IMG/VR virus record: IMGVR_UViG_3300030943_000011
Coordinates: 1,739-65,738 of that record
Direction: 5' to 3' (one strand)
Length of the DNA: 64,000 bases
Origin: a virus
Taxonomy: Duplodnaviria > Caudoviricetes
Below the pieces are notes generated by a model. The model saw only the letters and a program-made list of their open reading frames with translations. It did not search any database and was not told where the DNA came from. Positions 27,192 through 37,762 of the stretch are shown in pieces. A program made the position numbers and the translations under genes. How positions within the stretch are numbered: the stretch's first letter is position 1; every line of letters starts with the position of its first letter.

Positions 27192-28555
27192 TGGCAGAAA
27201 TACTTTGGAATAAGCAAGGCGACCCGTTAATGGTTTCAGGACGAAGCTATATGGGTGTTACAAAAGGTGGCCCTACCGAACAACCTAAAAAACTGGCATC
27301 GCCAAAACCACCCGAAATCGATTTGGATCGAACGCGAGTTGGCGATATCGTGATTGCCGACTGGGGACCAGGTAATCTGTGGCCAACAAAAGCCGACGAA
27401 ATCATCAACAAGGTTGGTGTACTCAATACCGGATTGCGTTTTACCCGTAACTTTACGCTTGGTCAGGGTATTTTCCCTTGCGAAGTGGATGGCTACGACG
27501 AGAAAGGTAACGAGGTATTAAAAGCCGTTGCCGATAAAACACTGGCCGTTTTTGCCAATAGCCGTATGGTTCGCCGTTATATGGAAAAAGCCCTGCGCGA
27601 TTACCTGAAGCTGGGCATCGGTTACGTTCAGTTATTGATGAATTCCGATGGTGATAAAATCGTTGGTATCAATACCATCAATGCAAAGTATTGCCGCCTT
27701 GCTGTTGCCAATGCCATGGGTGTAGTCGAAAAATGTGTGGTGTCAGGCAAATGGCCCGACGTTCCTTCAGGCGATAATTTTACCGTTATTGATGTGCTCG
27801 ACGAATACGACCCGCTGGCCGATCTGCAACGCCGTCGCTTTGGCAATCAAACCAAGGGCAAATCATATATCATGTGTATCCGCGATTCGTGGAGCAACAA
27901 CGAATATTACTCCGCGCCATTGTGGTATGCTTCTTATCTGGCCGGATGGGTCGATATCGCCGGAATGATTCCCAACTTTTTGAAAAAAGCATATGCCAAC
28001 CAAATCACATGGAAATGGCACATCCAAATCCCTTATTCGTTCTGGGATCGTCAGTTTCCAAAGAATACATTTGCATCAACCGAATTACGTCAAAAGGCAA
28101 TCAACGATTATATGGATAGCATTGAAGATAACCTGTGTGGAACCGATAATGCCGACAAACCGATCTTTACGTTCTTCGAAATCAACCCACAAAACGGAAA
28201 GGCCGAAGAGCAATGGATCATTAAACCGCTGGAGAATAAACTGAGCAACGAGCAAAACCTGATCACTTCTGCAGCAGCCAACAGCGAGATCATGTTTGCC
28301 ATCATGGTTAACCCTAACGTAATGGGTGCCGGGATGCCCGGAGGAACTTATGCCGGCAACCAGGGAGGTTCGAACATTCGTGAGGCTTACCTGGTGAACG
28401 TGGCTAATGCCTGGCTCGATCGTCAGGGTATTCTCGATCCGATTGAAACCGTTCACCGGTTTAATGGTGGTAACGAATCGGTCGAATGGCGTTTCCGTAA
28501 CACCGTGCTTACCACACTCGATTCCGGCGCCGGAACAACTAAAACGCTGTCATAA
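27191..28555 (+). CDS. Portal protein
   Basis: 454 aa; YYSAP.W and GGSNIREAY segments and position fit portal proteins. Confidence 0.75.
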   Translation: MAEILWNKQGDPLMVSGRSYMGVTKGGPTEQPKKLASPKPPEIDLDRTRVGDIVIADWGPGNLWPTKADEIINKVGVLNTGLRFTRNFTLGQGIFPCEVDGYDEKGNEVLKAVADKTLAVFANSRMVRRYMEKALRDYLKLGIGYVQLLMNSDGDKIVGINTINAKYCRLAVANAMGVVEKCVVSGKWPDVPSGDNFTVIDVLDEYDPLADLQRRRFGNQTKGKSYIMCIRDSWSNNEYYSAPLWYASYLAGWVDIAGMIPNFLKKAYANQITWKWHIQIPYSFWDRQFPKNTFASTELRQKAINDYMDSIEDNLCGTDNADKPIFTFFEINPQNGKAEEQWIIKPLENKLSNEQNLITSAAANSEIMFAIMVNPNVMGAGMPGGTYAGNQGGSNIREAYLVNVANAWLDRQGILDPIETVHRFNGGNESVEWRFRNTVLTTLDSGAGTTKTLS

Positions 28556-28573
28556 CTCATAACTATATACGCC

Positions 28574-29572
28574 ATGCTATTCAAAACGATAAACGAAATT
28601 CAGCAACATCTGGCCATTGGTGTCGGATCAGATTTTAATCAGCTTGCACCACACATTTCGAATGCCGAGGTGGCTTTTATACGTCCGCTTTTGGGAACGG
28701 CGCTATTCGAAGAAATTCAGGATTTCTATTCGAATCCGCCTACAGATTCGCCAACCGATGAAGCTATTATTGATGCCCGTGAGGCTATGACTTTACTCAT
28801 TCCAAAAGTTCAGAAGTCGCTTATTCATCTGGCGTACCTCATAGGATTTCAGGTCTTGAATGCTACGATCTCATCCGGAGGGTTTAAACGAACCGAATCG
28901 ACGACAACCAAAAGTCTTTACCATTATCAGGAAGACGAACTGAAGGAATATTTCAAAACAGCAGGGTTCAATGCGATGGACGAAGTTTTGGAATTCATTG
29001 AAACTGAAATCGTTCATTTTGGTGAATTCAAAGCATCATCAAACTGGACCGTACTAAAAGCAGCATTTATTCCCGATACAAAGACTTTCGAATCCATTTA
29101 CTTCATCAATAACAGCCGGTTGACATTTTTGCGTCTGAAATCGTACTCCGGATTGATTGAAGACATGGAGATACGGCCCATACTTGGAACGGCCATTTTC
29201 GACGAAGTAAAAGCGGAAATGGTGAAAGATGCACCTGCAGCTAAAGTATTGGCATTGCTCGGTTACATCCGCAACCCCATTGCTTACCTGTCGACAGCCA
29301 TGCTGATGGAAGAGTCGGGTGCTGATTTAGGCGAAAAAGGATTGTATTTCGAAAGTACATCGACAATAAGCATTAGCGGCAAAAACAAACAGGTAACGAA
29401 TTCCGATCGCATTGCCCTGCTCGCTGCCCGTAACCGCAGTTTAGGAAATGCTTATCTCGATCAGCTAAAAAGTTATCTCGCTGCAAATGCCGATGTCTGG
29501 CCAAACTATTCAGGCCAAACAGGAAGCGTATTTCGCAGAGATAATACCGGTAAAAAAACTTTTTGGGCATGA
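28574..29572 (+). CDS. Putative head-tail adaptor
   Basis: Internally duplicated (IRPLLGTALFEEI / IRPILGTAIFDEV) helical protein after portal. Confidence 0.55.
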   Translation: MLFKTINEIQQHLAIGVGSDFNQLAPHISNAEVAFIRPLLGTALFEEIQDFYSNPPTDSPTDEAIIDAREAMTLLIPKVQKSLIHLAYLIGFQVLNATISSGGFKRTESTTTKSLYHYQEDELKEYFKTAGFNAMDEVLEFIETEIVHFGEFKASSNWTVLKAAFIPDTKTFESIYFINNSRLTFLRLKSYSGLIEDMEIRPILGTAIFDEVKAEMVKDAPAAKVLALLGYIRNPIAYLSTAMLMEESGADLGEKGLYFESTSTISISGKNKQVTNSDRIALLAARNRSLGNAYLDQLKSYLAANADVWPNYSGQTGSVFRRDNTGKKTFWA

Positions 29573-30402
29573 AACCAGTAACAATTAAATACCGCCCTAT
29601 CGTATTTATCCCTGCTTACCGAACGGTATCCGGAAGTTTTCCGCAGAACTGGGGCGAAGTATCGGCCAAGCAATTAATTGCCATTGCCTGCGTATATAAA
29701 AACCGCATATCCGATCTGGCATTTTTAAAATCCATGTCAGGGTTGCCCATGCGGGTGTTGAAACGCACCGACGATTACGAACGGTTTAAGCTGATGGAAC
29801 AACTCGAATTTATCAGCGATCGACGGGCATTTCATGAATTTATTATTCAGGAAATACGACTTTCGAAGGTTATCCGCCCGGCACGTGAATATGGTATGCG
29901 GGGTCCTTTACTCCATGCTCCAGAGCCAAAACTGAAGGGAGTTACTTTCGGCCAGTTTATTTTTGCGGACACTTATTTTTCAAACTACCTGGAGTCGAAT
30001 GACGAAAACGATCTGAATAAATTCATTGCCGCTTTATATCTCCGGATAGATGAAAAATTTGATGAATCACTGATACAGAAACGACATTCAGCAGTCGGCA
30101 AAATCGACCGCACAACCCGCGAAGCCATTGTAATCAACTACCAGCTCATACACGAATGGTTATCACTGGCTTATCCGCTAATATTTCAGCGCCGAAATGA
30201 AATTCAAGCGGAAAGTCATCCCGAACTTATTTCGGGATCTGATAAAAAAACAACACGTGATTCATCTGTATGGATCAAAGTCTTTCAGAATTTTGTAGGC
30301 GACGACATTCTGCACGATGACGTATGGGCATCGAAACCCGTTAATACCATATTTGCCTACATGACCCGCAAATACAAAGAATCAGCCAGATCAAAAAATT
30401 AA
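29563..30402 (+). CDS. Hypothetical morphogenesis protein (possible tail assembly chaperone)
   Basis: 279 aa in structural operon. Confidence 0.55.
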   Translation: MGMKPVTIKYRPIVFIPAYRTVSGSFPQNWGEVSAKQLIAIACVYKNRISDLAFLKSMSGLPMRVLKRTDDYERFKLMEQLEFISDRRAFHEFIIQEIRLSKVIRPAREYGMRGPLLHAPEPKLKGVTFGQFIFADTYFSNYLESNDENDLNKFIAALYLRIDEKFDESLIQKRHSAVGKIDRTTREAIVINYQLIHEWLSLAYPLIFQRRNEIQAESHPELISGSDKKTTRDSSVWIKVFQNFVGDDILHDDVWASKPVNTIFAYMTRKYKESARSKN

Positions 30403-30407
30403 ACACC

Positions 30408-30923
30408 ATGAACATCAAATTTTCAGCACTTGTTACCTACTTCGAAAACCTTGCCCGCCTACATAAAGACATTGGGCATACCAACAACGAAAAACATTTC
30501 TTCCGGATGGAAGTGGATGAAGTACTGGCCGGAATTAACCGTACCGATGTAAAATACCCGTTCTTGATACTCGAAGGTTATGGCTACGACTTTACCGATA
30601 GTAAGTCTGATAATTTGCTGAAGAACCGCCGCGGCGCTTTTATGTTGCTCGATCATGTTAAGGACCCGACCGACTTTGATGCCATCCACGATGTATGGGA
30701 TCACATGGAAGAAATTGGTGATGAACTTCTCGTGAAGATGAAAACCGATAAGTATAATCCGCAGGCTCCAGTTATCCGTGACTTCCAGTTCAGCGCCTCC
30801 GAAGCTACATTAATAGCCAACGAACTCGATGGCAGTTACGGAATTCGCTTTACTTACACGCTAACATCGCCCCGGGCAAACGACATCGATCCAACGAAAT
30901 GGCTACCTGTTGGCAGCGAATAA
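30408..30923 (+). CDS. Putative tail terminator/neck protein
   Basis: 171 aa, YPFLILE motif, position. Confidence 0.5.
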   Translation: MNIKFSALVTYFENLARLHKDIGHTNNEKHFFRMEVDEVLAGINRTDVKYPFLILEGYGYDFTDSKSDNLLKNRRGAFMLLDHVKDPTDFDAIHDVWDHMEEIGDELLVKMKTDKYNPQAPVIRDFQFSASEATLIANELDGSYGIRFTYTLTSPRANDIDPTKWLPVGSE

Positions 30924-30932
30924 TTAAGCACC

Positions 30933-31505
30933 ATGGGCTACGATCCGAATAGAGAGAACGACGGCATAAACCGAATGACCGGCAACCGTGTAGGAGGTGG
31001 CCGTATTACGGGCAATTCGAAACCGGTTATACTGGTTAATCGGAGCGAACAGGAAACACTTCAGGATATGCTGGCCGGAGTGCAGCAAAACGAATTAATT
31101 GAAATGTGGGTTCCTAAAGTTCGCCGCGCCTTGCGCTCCAGTGCCCGTTGGTTCTCCGATGGTAAAACAGATCCGTTTGTAATCCGCGATCACGGTAAAC
31201 AAACCGAGAAGAAACTGGCCGACTCCATTGGCAGTTATACAAAAAAAGATATTGATACCATCACCAAAATAGCCTTTAAATTCGAGCGGCATGGGGTATT
31301 TGTGCATAAAGGAGTTGGCCGTGGTTACCATGCCAGCGGCACAGGCTTTGTAAATAGAACTGCTAAAGGTTCACAGGTTCATCCGCGTGTGGCCGTCGAA
31401 TGGTTTAACCCGGTACTCGACCAATATCTGCCCGAACTGGTAGAAAAAATTGCCCGTATCAATGCCGATGCTGTGGTAAATTACACTGCGATGAAGATTT
31501 TATAA
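30933..31505 (+). CDS. Putative neck/tail completion protein
   Basis: LADSI...GVFVHKGVG...WFNPVL pattern like HK97 gp10-type proteins. Confidence 0.55.
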   Translation: MGYDPNRENDGINRMTGNRVGGGRITGNSKPVILVNRSEQETLQDMLAGVQQNELIEMWVPKVRRALRSSARWFSDGKTDPFVIRDHGKQTEKKLADSIGSYTKKDIDTITKIAFKFERHGVFVHKGVGRGYHASGTGFVNRTAKGSQVHPRVAVEWFNPVLDQYLPELVEKIARINADAVVNYTAMKIL

Positions 31506-31516
31506 TATGATTTTTT

Positions 31517-31552
31517 TGTCCTTTCCTTTACATGCCTGCCATTATATATTTG
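31517..31552 (+). promoter_or_regulatory. Late promoter motif copy 4
   Basis: TGTCCTTTC-N19-TATATTTG. Confidence 0.8.
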
Positions 31553-31583
31553 CTCAAACATTAACTCTAAAAAAGTTTAAATA

Positions 31584-32150
31584 ATGACAACAAAATTTTA
31601 TCTTTTTCAAAGGGCAACTGATTCAGTCTGGATTTTTGGAAGTTCAGTAAAAAGCGTTTGCCCTGCTGGGTCGTACCGAATCGATATTGTGGGCGACAAT
31701 GTAACAATACATGCAGTATTTAACCGCGACATATCACTTAATTACGGAGCAACATTTGCTGACTATTTAAAAGAAAATGGTAATCCTTATGCGTCGATCG
31801 CTGAATTTGAAGCTGCAACAATTGGGTTTTTCTGTGCTTCAGAGGCTGGAGCTGTATCCGTTGGATTAACTGATGCTCAACTTCGTGAAACTGCTGTTCC
31901 GGTAACCGTCCCTTTCGATAATGTTGGCGTTTGCAATGGATGTATTGCTGCAGTATTATCTGATACGGTTGATTTATCTCATCCGGGATTTATTCAACCC
32001 CGGCTTTTGGAAGGTAACATTAAAGTTACTGATGAGAATGGTAATGTCAGCACACTTGCTTTTGATAAGAAAGAAATATCAGCGTTCAGGGTTAAGCGCG
32101 TTTGGGTAACCGGAACAACTGCAAACATGGGTATAGTAGTAATCTATTAA
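31584..32150 (+). CDS. Putative virion decoration/spike-base protein
   Basis: GLTDAQLRETAVPV and C-terminal VKRVWVTGTTA..IV motif. Confidence 0.55.
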   Translation: MTTKFYLFQRATDSVWIFGSSVKSVCPAGSYRIDIVGDNVTIHAVFNRDISLNYGATFADYLKENGNPYASIAEFEAATIGFFCASEAGAVSVGLTDAQLRETAVPVTVPFDNVGVCNGCIAAVLSDTVDLSHPGFIQPRLLEGNIKVTDENGNVSTLAFDKKEISAFRVKRVWVTGTTANMGIVVIY

Positions 32151-32159
32151 TTTACGAAC

Positions 32160-32318
32160 ATGCTAATAAGATCATTAAGTCTTGCAGTACAATCGAGGGT
32201 TCAACAAGGGGCAAATACGGCTCCTGACAATGCACTGTTTTTTATCAGTTTAGTAGACGGATTAAAATATTATTTAACCATGACTATTGATGGAGTTGAA
32301 AATTACATAACGATTTAA
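32160..32318 (+). CDS. Small hypothetical protein (not in ORF track)
   Basis: 52-aa ORF exactly filling the gap between neighbours. Confidence 0.5.
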   Translation: MLIRSLSLAVQSRVQQGANTAPDNALFFISLVDGLKYYLTMTIDGVENYITI

Positions 32319-32329
32319 AAATTCACAAA

Positions 32330-33010
32330 ATGCCAACAAAAAACATAAACGATCCCGAAGCTAAGGCTGCAATTGCGCTCGCTCTTGGATTAGATAATCC
32401 AGATAGTTTGACTGATTTTTTTTATACTAAAGAACAAATTGATTCATTGCTAGATGGTACGTTTGAAAAAGATGGGTTACTGTATCAATTAACATACACG
32501 AGCCGTGCTGTTCCGACTCCTAAAAATCTAATTTTATATTCTGAAGAATTAGATAGAACAACTGCTTGGAACGCTTATCATGTTGCAATAACACCGAATC
32601 AAGGACTTGACCTAGACGGCAATAACACATTAGAATCCATAGTTCCAACCGATAATTCAAATCAGATATTAAGGTTAGTTAGTTCTATAACTGTTGTTGC
32701 TGGTTTGGAATACACTTTATCATTTGATGCTAAAAAATCAAGTGACTTGGCGTATGCAAAATGGTCTGTTTATGACGTAGATCATGACACTTTTCCCGTA
32801 GAAAAAGTTAGTTTTTTTAGCCAGTTAAGCGAAACCGTAAGTCGCGTAAGTCTTAAATTTACAGTTCCTACCGGTTGCACTTCGATTAATATATATTTGG
32901 TTGCTGATAATCAAAATCAGGACTTAACTGGAACTTTATATATTGGTAGGGTGCAATTGGATGATACTGGTTCTAAGTATATCAAAACCACTGATACGCC
33001 CGTACAATGA
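32330..33010 (+). CDS. Carbohydrate-binding-module-like virion protein
   Basis: KNLILYSEEL, YTLSFDAK, RVSLKFT, QL...YIKT. Confidence 0.6.
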   Translation: MPTKNINDPEAKAAIALALGLDNPDSLTDFFYTKEQIDSLLDGTFEKDGLLYQLTYTSRAVPTPKNLILYSEELDRTTAWNAYHVAITPNQGLDLDGNNTLESIVPTDNSNQILRLVSSITVVAGLEYTLSFDAKKSSDLAYAKWSVYDVDHDTFPVEKVSFFSQLSETVSRVSLKFTVPTGCTSINIYLVADNQNQDLTGTLYIGRVQLDDTGSKYIKTTDTPVQ

Positions 33011-35019
33011 AATATTATTTTCTGACAATAGTTTTGTTTTGTACTATGCTTGCTAATGCGGCATTACACACTGTCACAAGCGGTACAGGAACATTTCACA
33101 CGCTGCAAGATGTGAGCGAACATACTTTTGTTGCAGGAGATACAATTGCTTTTCATGCCGGAGAAACATTTACCGGATCGCTAACACTTGGTCAATCTGG
33201 TACGTCTGGTAATCCTATTGTTTTTACTAAATATGGAACTGGTTCTGATCCAATTATAACAGGATTTACAACCGTTACATCATGGACTAATTTAGGTAGT
33301 AATATTTGGGAAAGTACCAATGCTGTTTCAACCCTTTCGACCTGTAACATGGTATCGATTAATGGGGTTAATACTTCAAAAGGTAGGTATCCAAATCCTG
33401 ATGCGACATGGGGCGGTTTTTTGACTATTGATTCACACACAGGAACTACATCAATCACTCATAACGCTTTTACTGGAAATCCAAATTGGACAGGTGCAGA
33501 GGTTGTAATGAAAATAAATGGGTATGTTACTTGTCGTACACGAATAACCAATCAATCTGAAGGAACATTAACTTGCAATACGGCTGACGCAGGAACCCCA
33601 GCAGATACTTATGGTTTTTTTATTCAAGACGATATTAGAACTCTTGATCAACAAAATGAGTGGTATTACAATCCTTCAACTAAAAAAATAAGTATTTATA
33701 GTGCAAGTCAGCCAGTAAATGTTAAAGTGGCTTCTGTTGAAAATCTATTTGAATACCTTACACCAAATAATGTAACGCAAGGTAATTGGTCAATTGTTGA
33801 GAATATTACATTCGAGGGTGCAAATAATAATGCTTTGTCAATAGCAGAATCACGCCCGTATCTAAATCATGCAACAATTCAGAATTGTAATATAAAATAT
33901 ACCGGTGTCAATGCAATACAGATTAAGGGTGATTATCTTGAAATTTTAAACAATAATATTCAATATTCAAATAGAAAGGCAATTGAGGCTCCAGCTTCAA
34001 CAAACGTTACAATTAAAGATAATATTATTGATAGCAGTGGTTTGTTATATGGAATGGCCGGAAGCGGTTTTTATGGGGCAACCTGCGCGGTTTCAGTTGG
34101 AAGTGAATGGATAACTCCAAGTCCGATTCTGGTTGAGAACAATAGAATAACAAACACAGCTCTTAATGGTATTCATTGTCAAAGCGGAATAGTTACAATT
34201 AAAAATAACTTTATTGATACATATTGTGTAAACGGTGATGATGGTGCTGGAATATACTCATGGCATACTTCCGGTGTTGAAATCGTTGGAAACATTATTA
34301 TAAATGGTATTGGTGATGTCAACGGAAGAACAGGAACATTCCCGATTCAGGCTTGTGGTATTTATTTAGATGAATTAACAAATAATTGTTCAGTACATGG
34401 TAATTCAGTCTACAATGCTACGGTTCACGGCATATTTATGAACGAAGCCAGAAATATAGATATTTATGACAATACTGTTTTTGACACAAAAAACATTCGG
34501 ACAGAAAATGCTCCAGCTAATCAACTTGCAATAAATAGCAGTAGCGATCCACTATATCAAGCTACTGAAATGAATGTGTACAATAACATATTTGTAGCAA
34601 AATCAAATCAAATAGTTGCCGGGTTTCAATCAACAATCAACAACCTAACTTTGATGGGTAGTTTTCGCAATAACTATTATGCGATGCCCGAAAATCCTAA
34701 TGGAAATTTATTTTGGGTTCAACAACCAAATCAAACTGATATACAAGATAAAACTCTTTCTGAATGGAAGTCATTTTCAGGTCAAGATTCAAATTCAAAG
34801 TTATCACCACAAATAGTTTCTTCTGTAAATGATCTTCAGTTTGAATATAATTCAACTACATCCCCCAAACCGATTACTTTAAGTCGTCCAATGATGGACG
34901 TAAAAGGTAATAAATATGCCAAATCTGTGACCTTACAATCTTTTACTTCTGTGGTTTTAATGAAGGATTTGACTCCCCGCATTTACTTAAAATTTGCAGG
35001 TAAAATATATCATTTTTAA
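33007..35019 (+). CDS. Right-handed parallel beta-helix (pectin-lyase-like) protein with signal peptide
   Basis: Repeated I.NN.I/GI motifs, DDGAGIYSW, GIYLDE; hydrophobic N-terminus ending ANA. Confidence 0.8.
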   Translation: MKYYFLTIVLFCTMLANAALHTVTSGTGTFHTLQDVSEHTFVAGDTIAFHAGETFTGSLTLGQSGTSGNPIVFTKYGTGSDPIITGFTTVTSWTNLGSNIWESTNAVSTLSTCNMVSINGVNTSKGRYPNPDATWGGFLTIDSHTGTTSITHNAFTGNPNWTGAEVVMKINGYVTCRTRITNQSEGTLTCNTADAGTPADTYGFFIQDDIRTLDQQNEWYYNPSTKKISIYSASQPVNVKVASVENLFEYLTPNNVTQGNWSIVENITFEGANNNALSIAESRPYLNHATIQNCNIKYTGVNAIQIKGDYLEILNNNIQYSNRKAIEAPASTNVTIKDNIIDSSGLLYGMAGSGFYGATCAVSVGSEWITPSPILVENNRITNTALNGIHCQSGIVTIKNNFIDTYCVNGDDGAGIYSWHTSGVEIVGNIIINGIGDVNGRTGTFPIQACGIYLDELTNNCSVHGNSVYNATVHGIFMNEARNIDIYDNTVFDTKNIRTENAPANQLAINSSSDPLYQATEMNVYNNIFVAKSNQIVAGFQSTINNLTLMGSFRNNYYAMPENPNGNLFWVQQPNQTDIQDKTLSEWKSFSGQDSNSKLSPQIVSSVNDLQFEYNSTTSPKPITLSRPMMDVKGNKYAKSVTLQSFTSVVLMKDLTPRIYLKFAGKIYHF

Positions 35020-35165
35020 TTATTCTATTGCACTTGTCGAACCTCTTTTGCACTCACTTTTAACAAAATAAATCGGTCATTTTCAGCGGAAAATTGACCG
35101 ATTTTTCGTAATTTAGAAGTGATAAAAAATTCGAAAACTTTAAAATTAATCCTTAAATTTGGGGC

Positions 35166-35233
35166 ATTGCCTTGAGTGTTCCGTGACAGTGATGTCCGGA
35201 CGGTGTCGAATACCGTATCGCACTTAAGGCAAT
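35166..35233 (+). ncRNA. Candidate structured RNA leader
   Basis: 13-bp stem attgccttgagtg / cacttaaggcaat enclosing two hairpins, upstream of AGGAGG and ATG 35256. Confidence 0.4.
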
Positions 35234-35255
35234 ACTTCGTTTAGGAGGTTTAAAA

Positions 35256-36240
35256 ATGAACACTGCTTTAAAATTGGTCCACAACGCGAACGGAAAGCGG
35301 GACTACATCAACCGGCTGATCCAGGCCGAACCAAAAACCGGAGTTTTATTTGTTGATTTTATTTGGCCAGACCGTTATTAAGAAATCAAAACGGCGGGGA
35401 GTAAGCTATGTTAAAGGGTATAAAACCCTGGTAAATCATTTGAAAGCTTTTTCCAAAGAGTATGAAGCTGATATCTATACCAACAGCGTTGGTGAAGACT
35501 TTATGGATGATTTTATTTTGTACCTGCAGGATAAGGATCTGCGGCAAACATACATCATCACGCTTTTATCACTCGTTAAGGCGATGGCTGCCAAGGCCGC
35601 GAAGTATGGATATGCGGTTGACTCCAGTTACGATGACGTAACGGTAGATCCGGAGGAGATCTTCACGGTTTATTTATCGATGAATGAAATCACCAGAATC
35701 TATTATTTTAAGGGATTGACGAAAAAACAGGAACGAATCCGTGATCTGTTCGTTGTTGGATGCCTTACTGCGCTGCGTTATTCAGATTATTCAACCCTAA
35801 CAAAAGAAAACTTCACAAAAGACTACATTGTCAAAATCACCAAGAAAACTGGTAAAAAAGTAACGATTCCGCTACACAACTACGTCCGCGAAATTTATAC
35901 AAAGTACGACGGTGAAGTTTCACCAGGTATCAGCCTCCAGCATTTTAACCGCTACATCAAAAAGATTTGTCAGAGGGTAGGGTTTACCGAGGAAATCGTT
36001 TACCACTACACCAAAGGAGGAAAGTTGGTCACCGAGTCAAAACAGAAATGGCAATTAGTCAGTAGCCATACAGGGCGTCGAAGTGCGGCAACTAACCTCT
36101 ATCAAACTGGCAGGATAAAAACCTATGAGATTATGGCACTCACTGGCCATACGACTGAGAAAAGCTTTTTCCGATACATTCGAACGTCCGATGAAGATAA
36201 GGCCAGACAAATTGCCGGAGATAACTTTTTTCGGCATTAA
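35256..36240 (+). CDS. Second tyrosine recombinase (Bacteroidota integrase-like), apparent frameshift near 35367
   Basis: RDLFVVGCLTALRYSD, KKT, SSHTGRRS, TGH, FFRY; SD and ATG at 35256 are one base out of frame with 35350-36240. Confidence 0.8.
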
Positions 36241-36261
36241 ACTTATTTCACATCAAAAATC

Positions 36262-36287
36262 AAAACCTGCTCCCCGCAGGTTTTTTT
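36262..36287 (+). terminator. Intrinsic terminator
   Basis: aaaacctgc tcccc gcaggttttttt. Confidence 0.7.
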
Positions 36288-36312
36288 ATTTCATTCATTT
36301 GTCATAACTTAG

Positions 36313-37086
36313 TTGGATAAACCAAAAATCAAGCTTATGGCATGGATCGTAGTAATTATCATTATTGTGGTTTTTGTCGCTGTTAAATCAAAACCAACTA
36401 AAAAACCTCTTGAAAAATACATCAGTTACCCTGAAAACATTGTTAAAAGCGACAACGAAAGAAGGGAAAGAATAGCCAGAGGTGAACATGATGATATGTA
36501 TTTGGCATACAAAGATCATCATCGGGGAAAATCACTTGCCCAAATCGAACAGTACATAAAAGCAAAGCGCGAAGAAGGTGGAGATTACTGGAGTAATAGC
36601 CGGTTAGAGTATAAAGTATTAATGGATTTGGCCAGACCGCTTGAGATTAGTAGGAATGCAGAAATAAAGCAATTGGTAGAATCAGAACAGATTTACCAGT
36701 ATAGTTATACAAAACTACTTGAGTATTACCGAATTATAACATATAATCCACAGATTTATGCAGGGTTTAATCTAAACTTGCTTAACGATGCACTTGAAAA
36801 AGCTTCATTTCAAAAGTTTAATCCAGAACTAATAAAGAAACCACCTTCAACTGCTGTAAGGTGGTTGATCGCACGTGAAAAAGAAGGTGAATATATTGCC
36901 AGTGAACTGAATGATATTGCCGGAAAAATGGAAAAACAGGAATTACCTGAAGAGGCCTACAAACGCCAGCGCAAAAATATTCAAAGCAACATTTCAAAAG
37001 CAAAGAAGGAAGGTAATTGGCTTAAAACTGAAGAATTAGAACAAAAACTTATAACCCTTAAAAATCAAAAAATCAATCCAACATGA
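36313..37086 (+). CDS. Membrane-anchored moron protein
   Basis: N-terminal TM WIVVIIIIVVFVAV. Confidence 0.7.
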   Translation: MDKPKIKLMAWIVVIIIIVVFVAVKSKPTKKPLEKYISYPENIVKSDNERRERIARGEHDDMYLAYKDHHRGKSLAQIEQYIKAKREEGGDYWSNSRLEYKVLMDLARPLEISRNAEIKQLVESEQIYQYSYTKLLEYYRIITYNPQIYAGFNLNLLNDALEKASFQKFNPELIKKPPSTAVRWLIAREKEGEYIASELNDIAGKMEKQELPEEAYKRQRKNIQSNISKAKKEGNWLKTEELEQKLITLKNQKINPT

Positions 37087-37538
37087 AAAAACTATTTGCA
37101 CTTATTTTTATTTTAACGATAATACTCTCCTGTAGCAAAACGGATGATAGTTCAAATGAAATTTTAAAAACTTACATCAAAGTAATATCAACTACGCCGG
37201 AGATTGGTGGTATGATTGATAATTCAAATATTATTACGGCAAAGTTGAATTACTATATATCCTCAAGTGATCGGGTTGGTGATGGTATAATTAGAATAAA
37301 TGTATTCATTCGATGTAAAGGAAAAGATAATAAAGAAGACTTTAGCGCAGAATCCTATGGCGGCCCAGCTTTCCCAGAATGGTGGTTACACACTGATTTT
37401 AACTATACACTTGATTTAGATGACTATAAATTTTTAGACATTTATCATCCTGTTGAAATTAAATTCGCATTTTATAAGAATACTAATGGCCCCCTCAATT
37501 ACTTTTATGTTAGTGATAAAATAAAATTTAAGAACTAG
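37083..37538 (+). CDS. Lipoprotein moron
   Basis: MKKLFALIFILTIILSC lipobox followed by SKTDDS. Confidence 0.75.
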   Translation: MKKLFALIFILTIILSCSKTDDSSNEILKTYIKVISTTPEIGGMIDNSNIITAKLNYYISSSDRVGDGIIRINVFIRCKGKDNKEDFSAESYGGPAFPEWWLHTDFNYTLDLDDYKFLDIYHPVEIKFAFYKNTNGPLNYFYVSDKIKFKN

Positions 37539-37561
37539 AAAATACTATTGAATATTTATCC

Positions 37562-37599
37562 AAAAGAAAAACCCGGCTAATTTTCCGGGTTTTTCTTTT
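37562..37599. terminator. Bidirectional intrinsic terminator
   Basis: aaaagaaaaacccgg ... ccgggtttttctttt. Confidence 0.8.
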
Positions 37600-37623
37600 G
37601 GTATTAATCTCTATCTTTACAAA

Positions 37624-37762
37624 GCCAAACTACATTTATATAATTTTAGAAATACGCTGAAGGGAATTTTTTTCCCCGGTAGCGTTTTCAGCATTTTAGT
37701 ATTTCTAAAACTGGATGTGGTTTGGCGACCCGCTATCGGGGTTTTTAAAGCCAAACCACATG
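37624..37762 (+). ncRNA. Candidate switchable RNA leader
   Basis: gccaaactacat (37624) / atgtggtttggc (37715) / gccaaaccacat (37750, overlaps ATG); inner 12-bp stem. Confidence 0.5.

Noticed and set aside
35070-35105. Invertible-segment repeat for the 35256 recombinase
   Set aside because: Local hairpin with T-tail, more simply a terminator; no distant partner found
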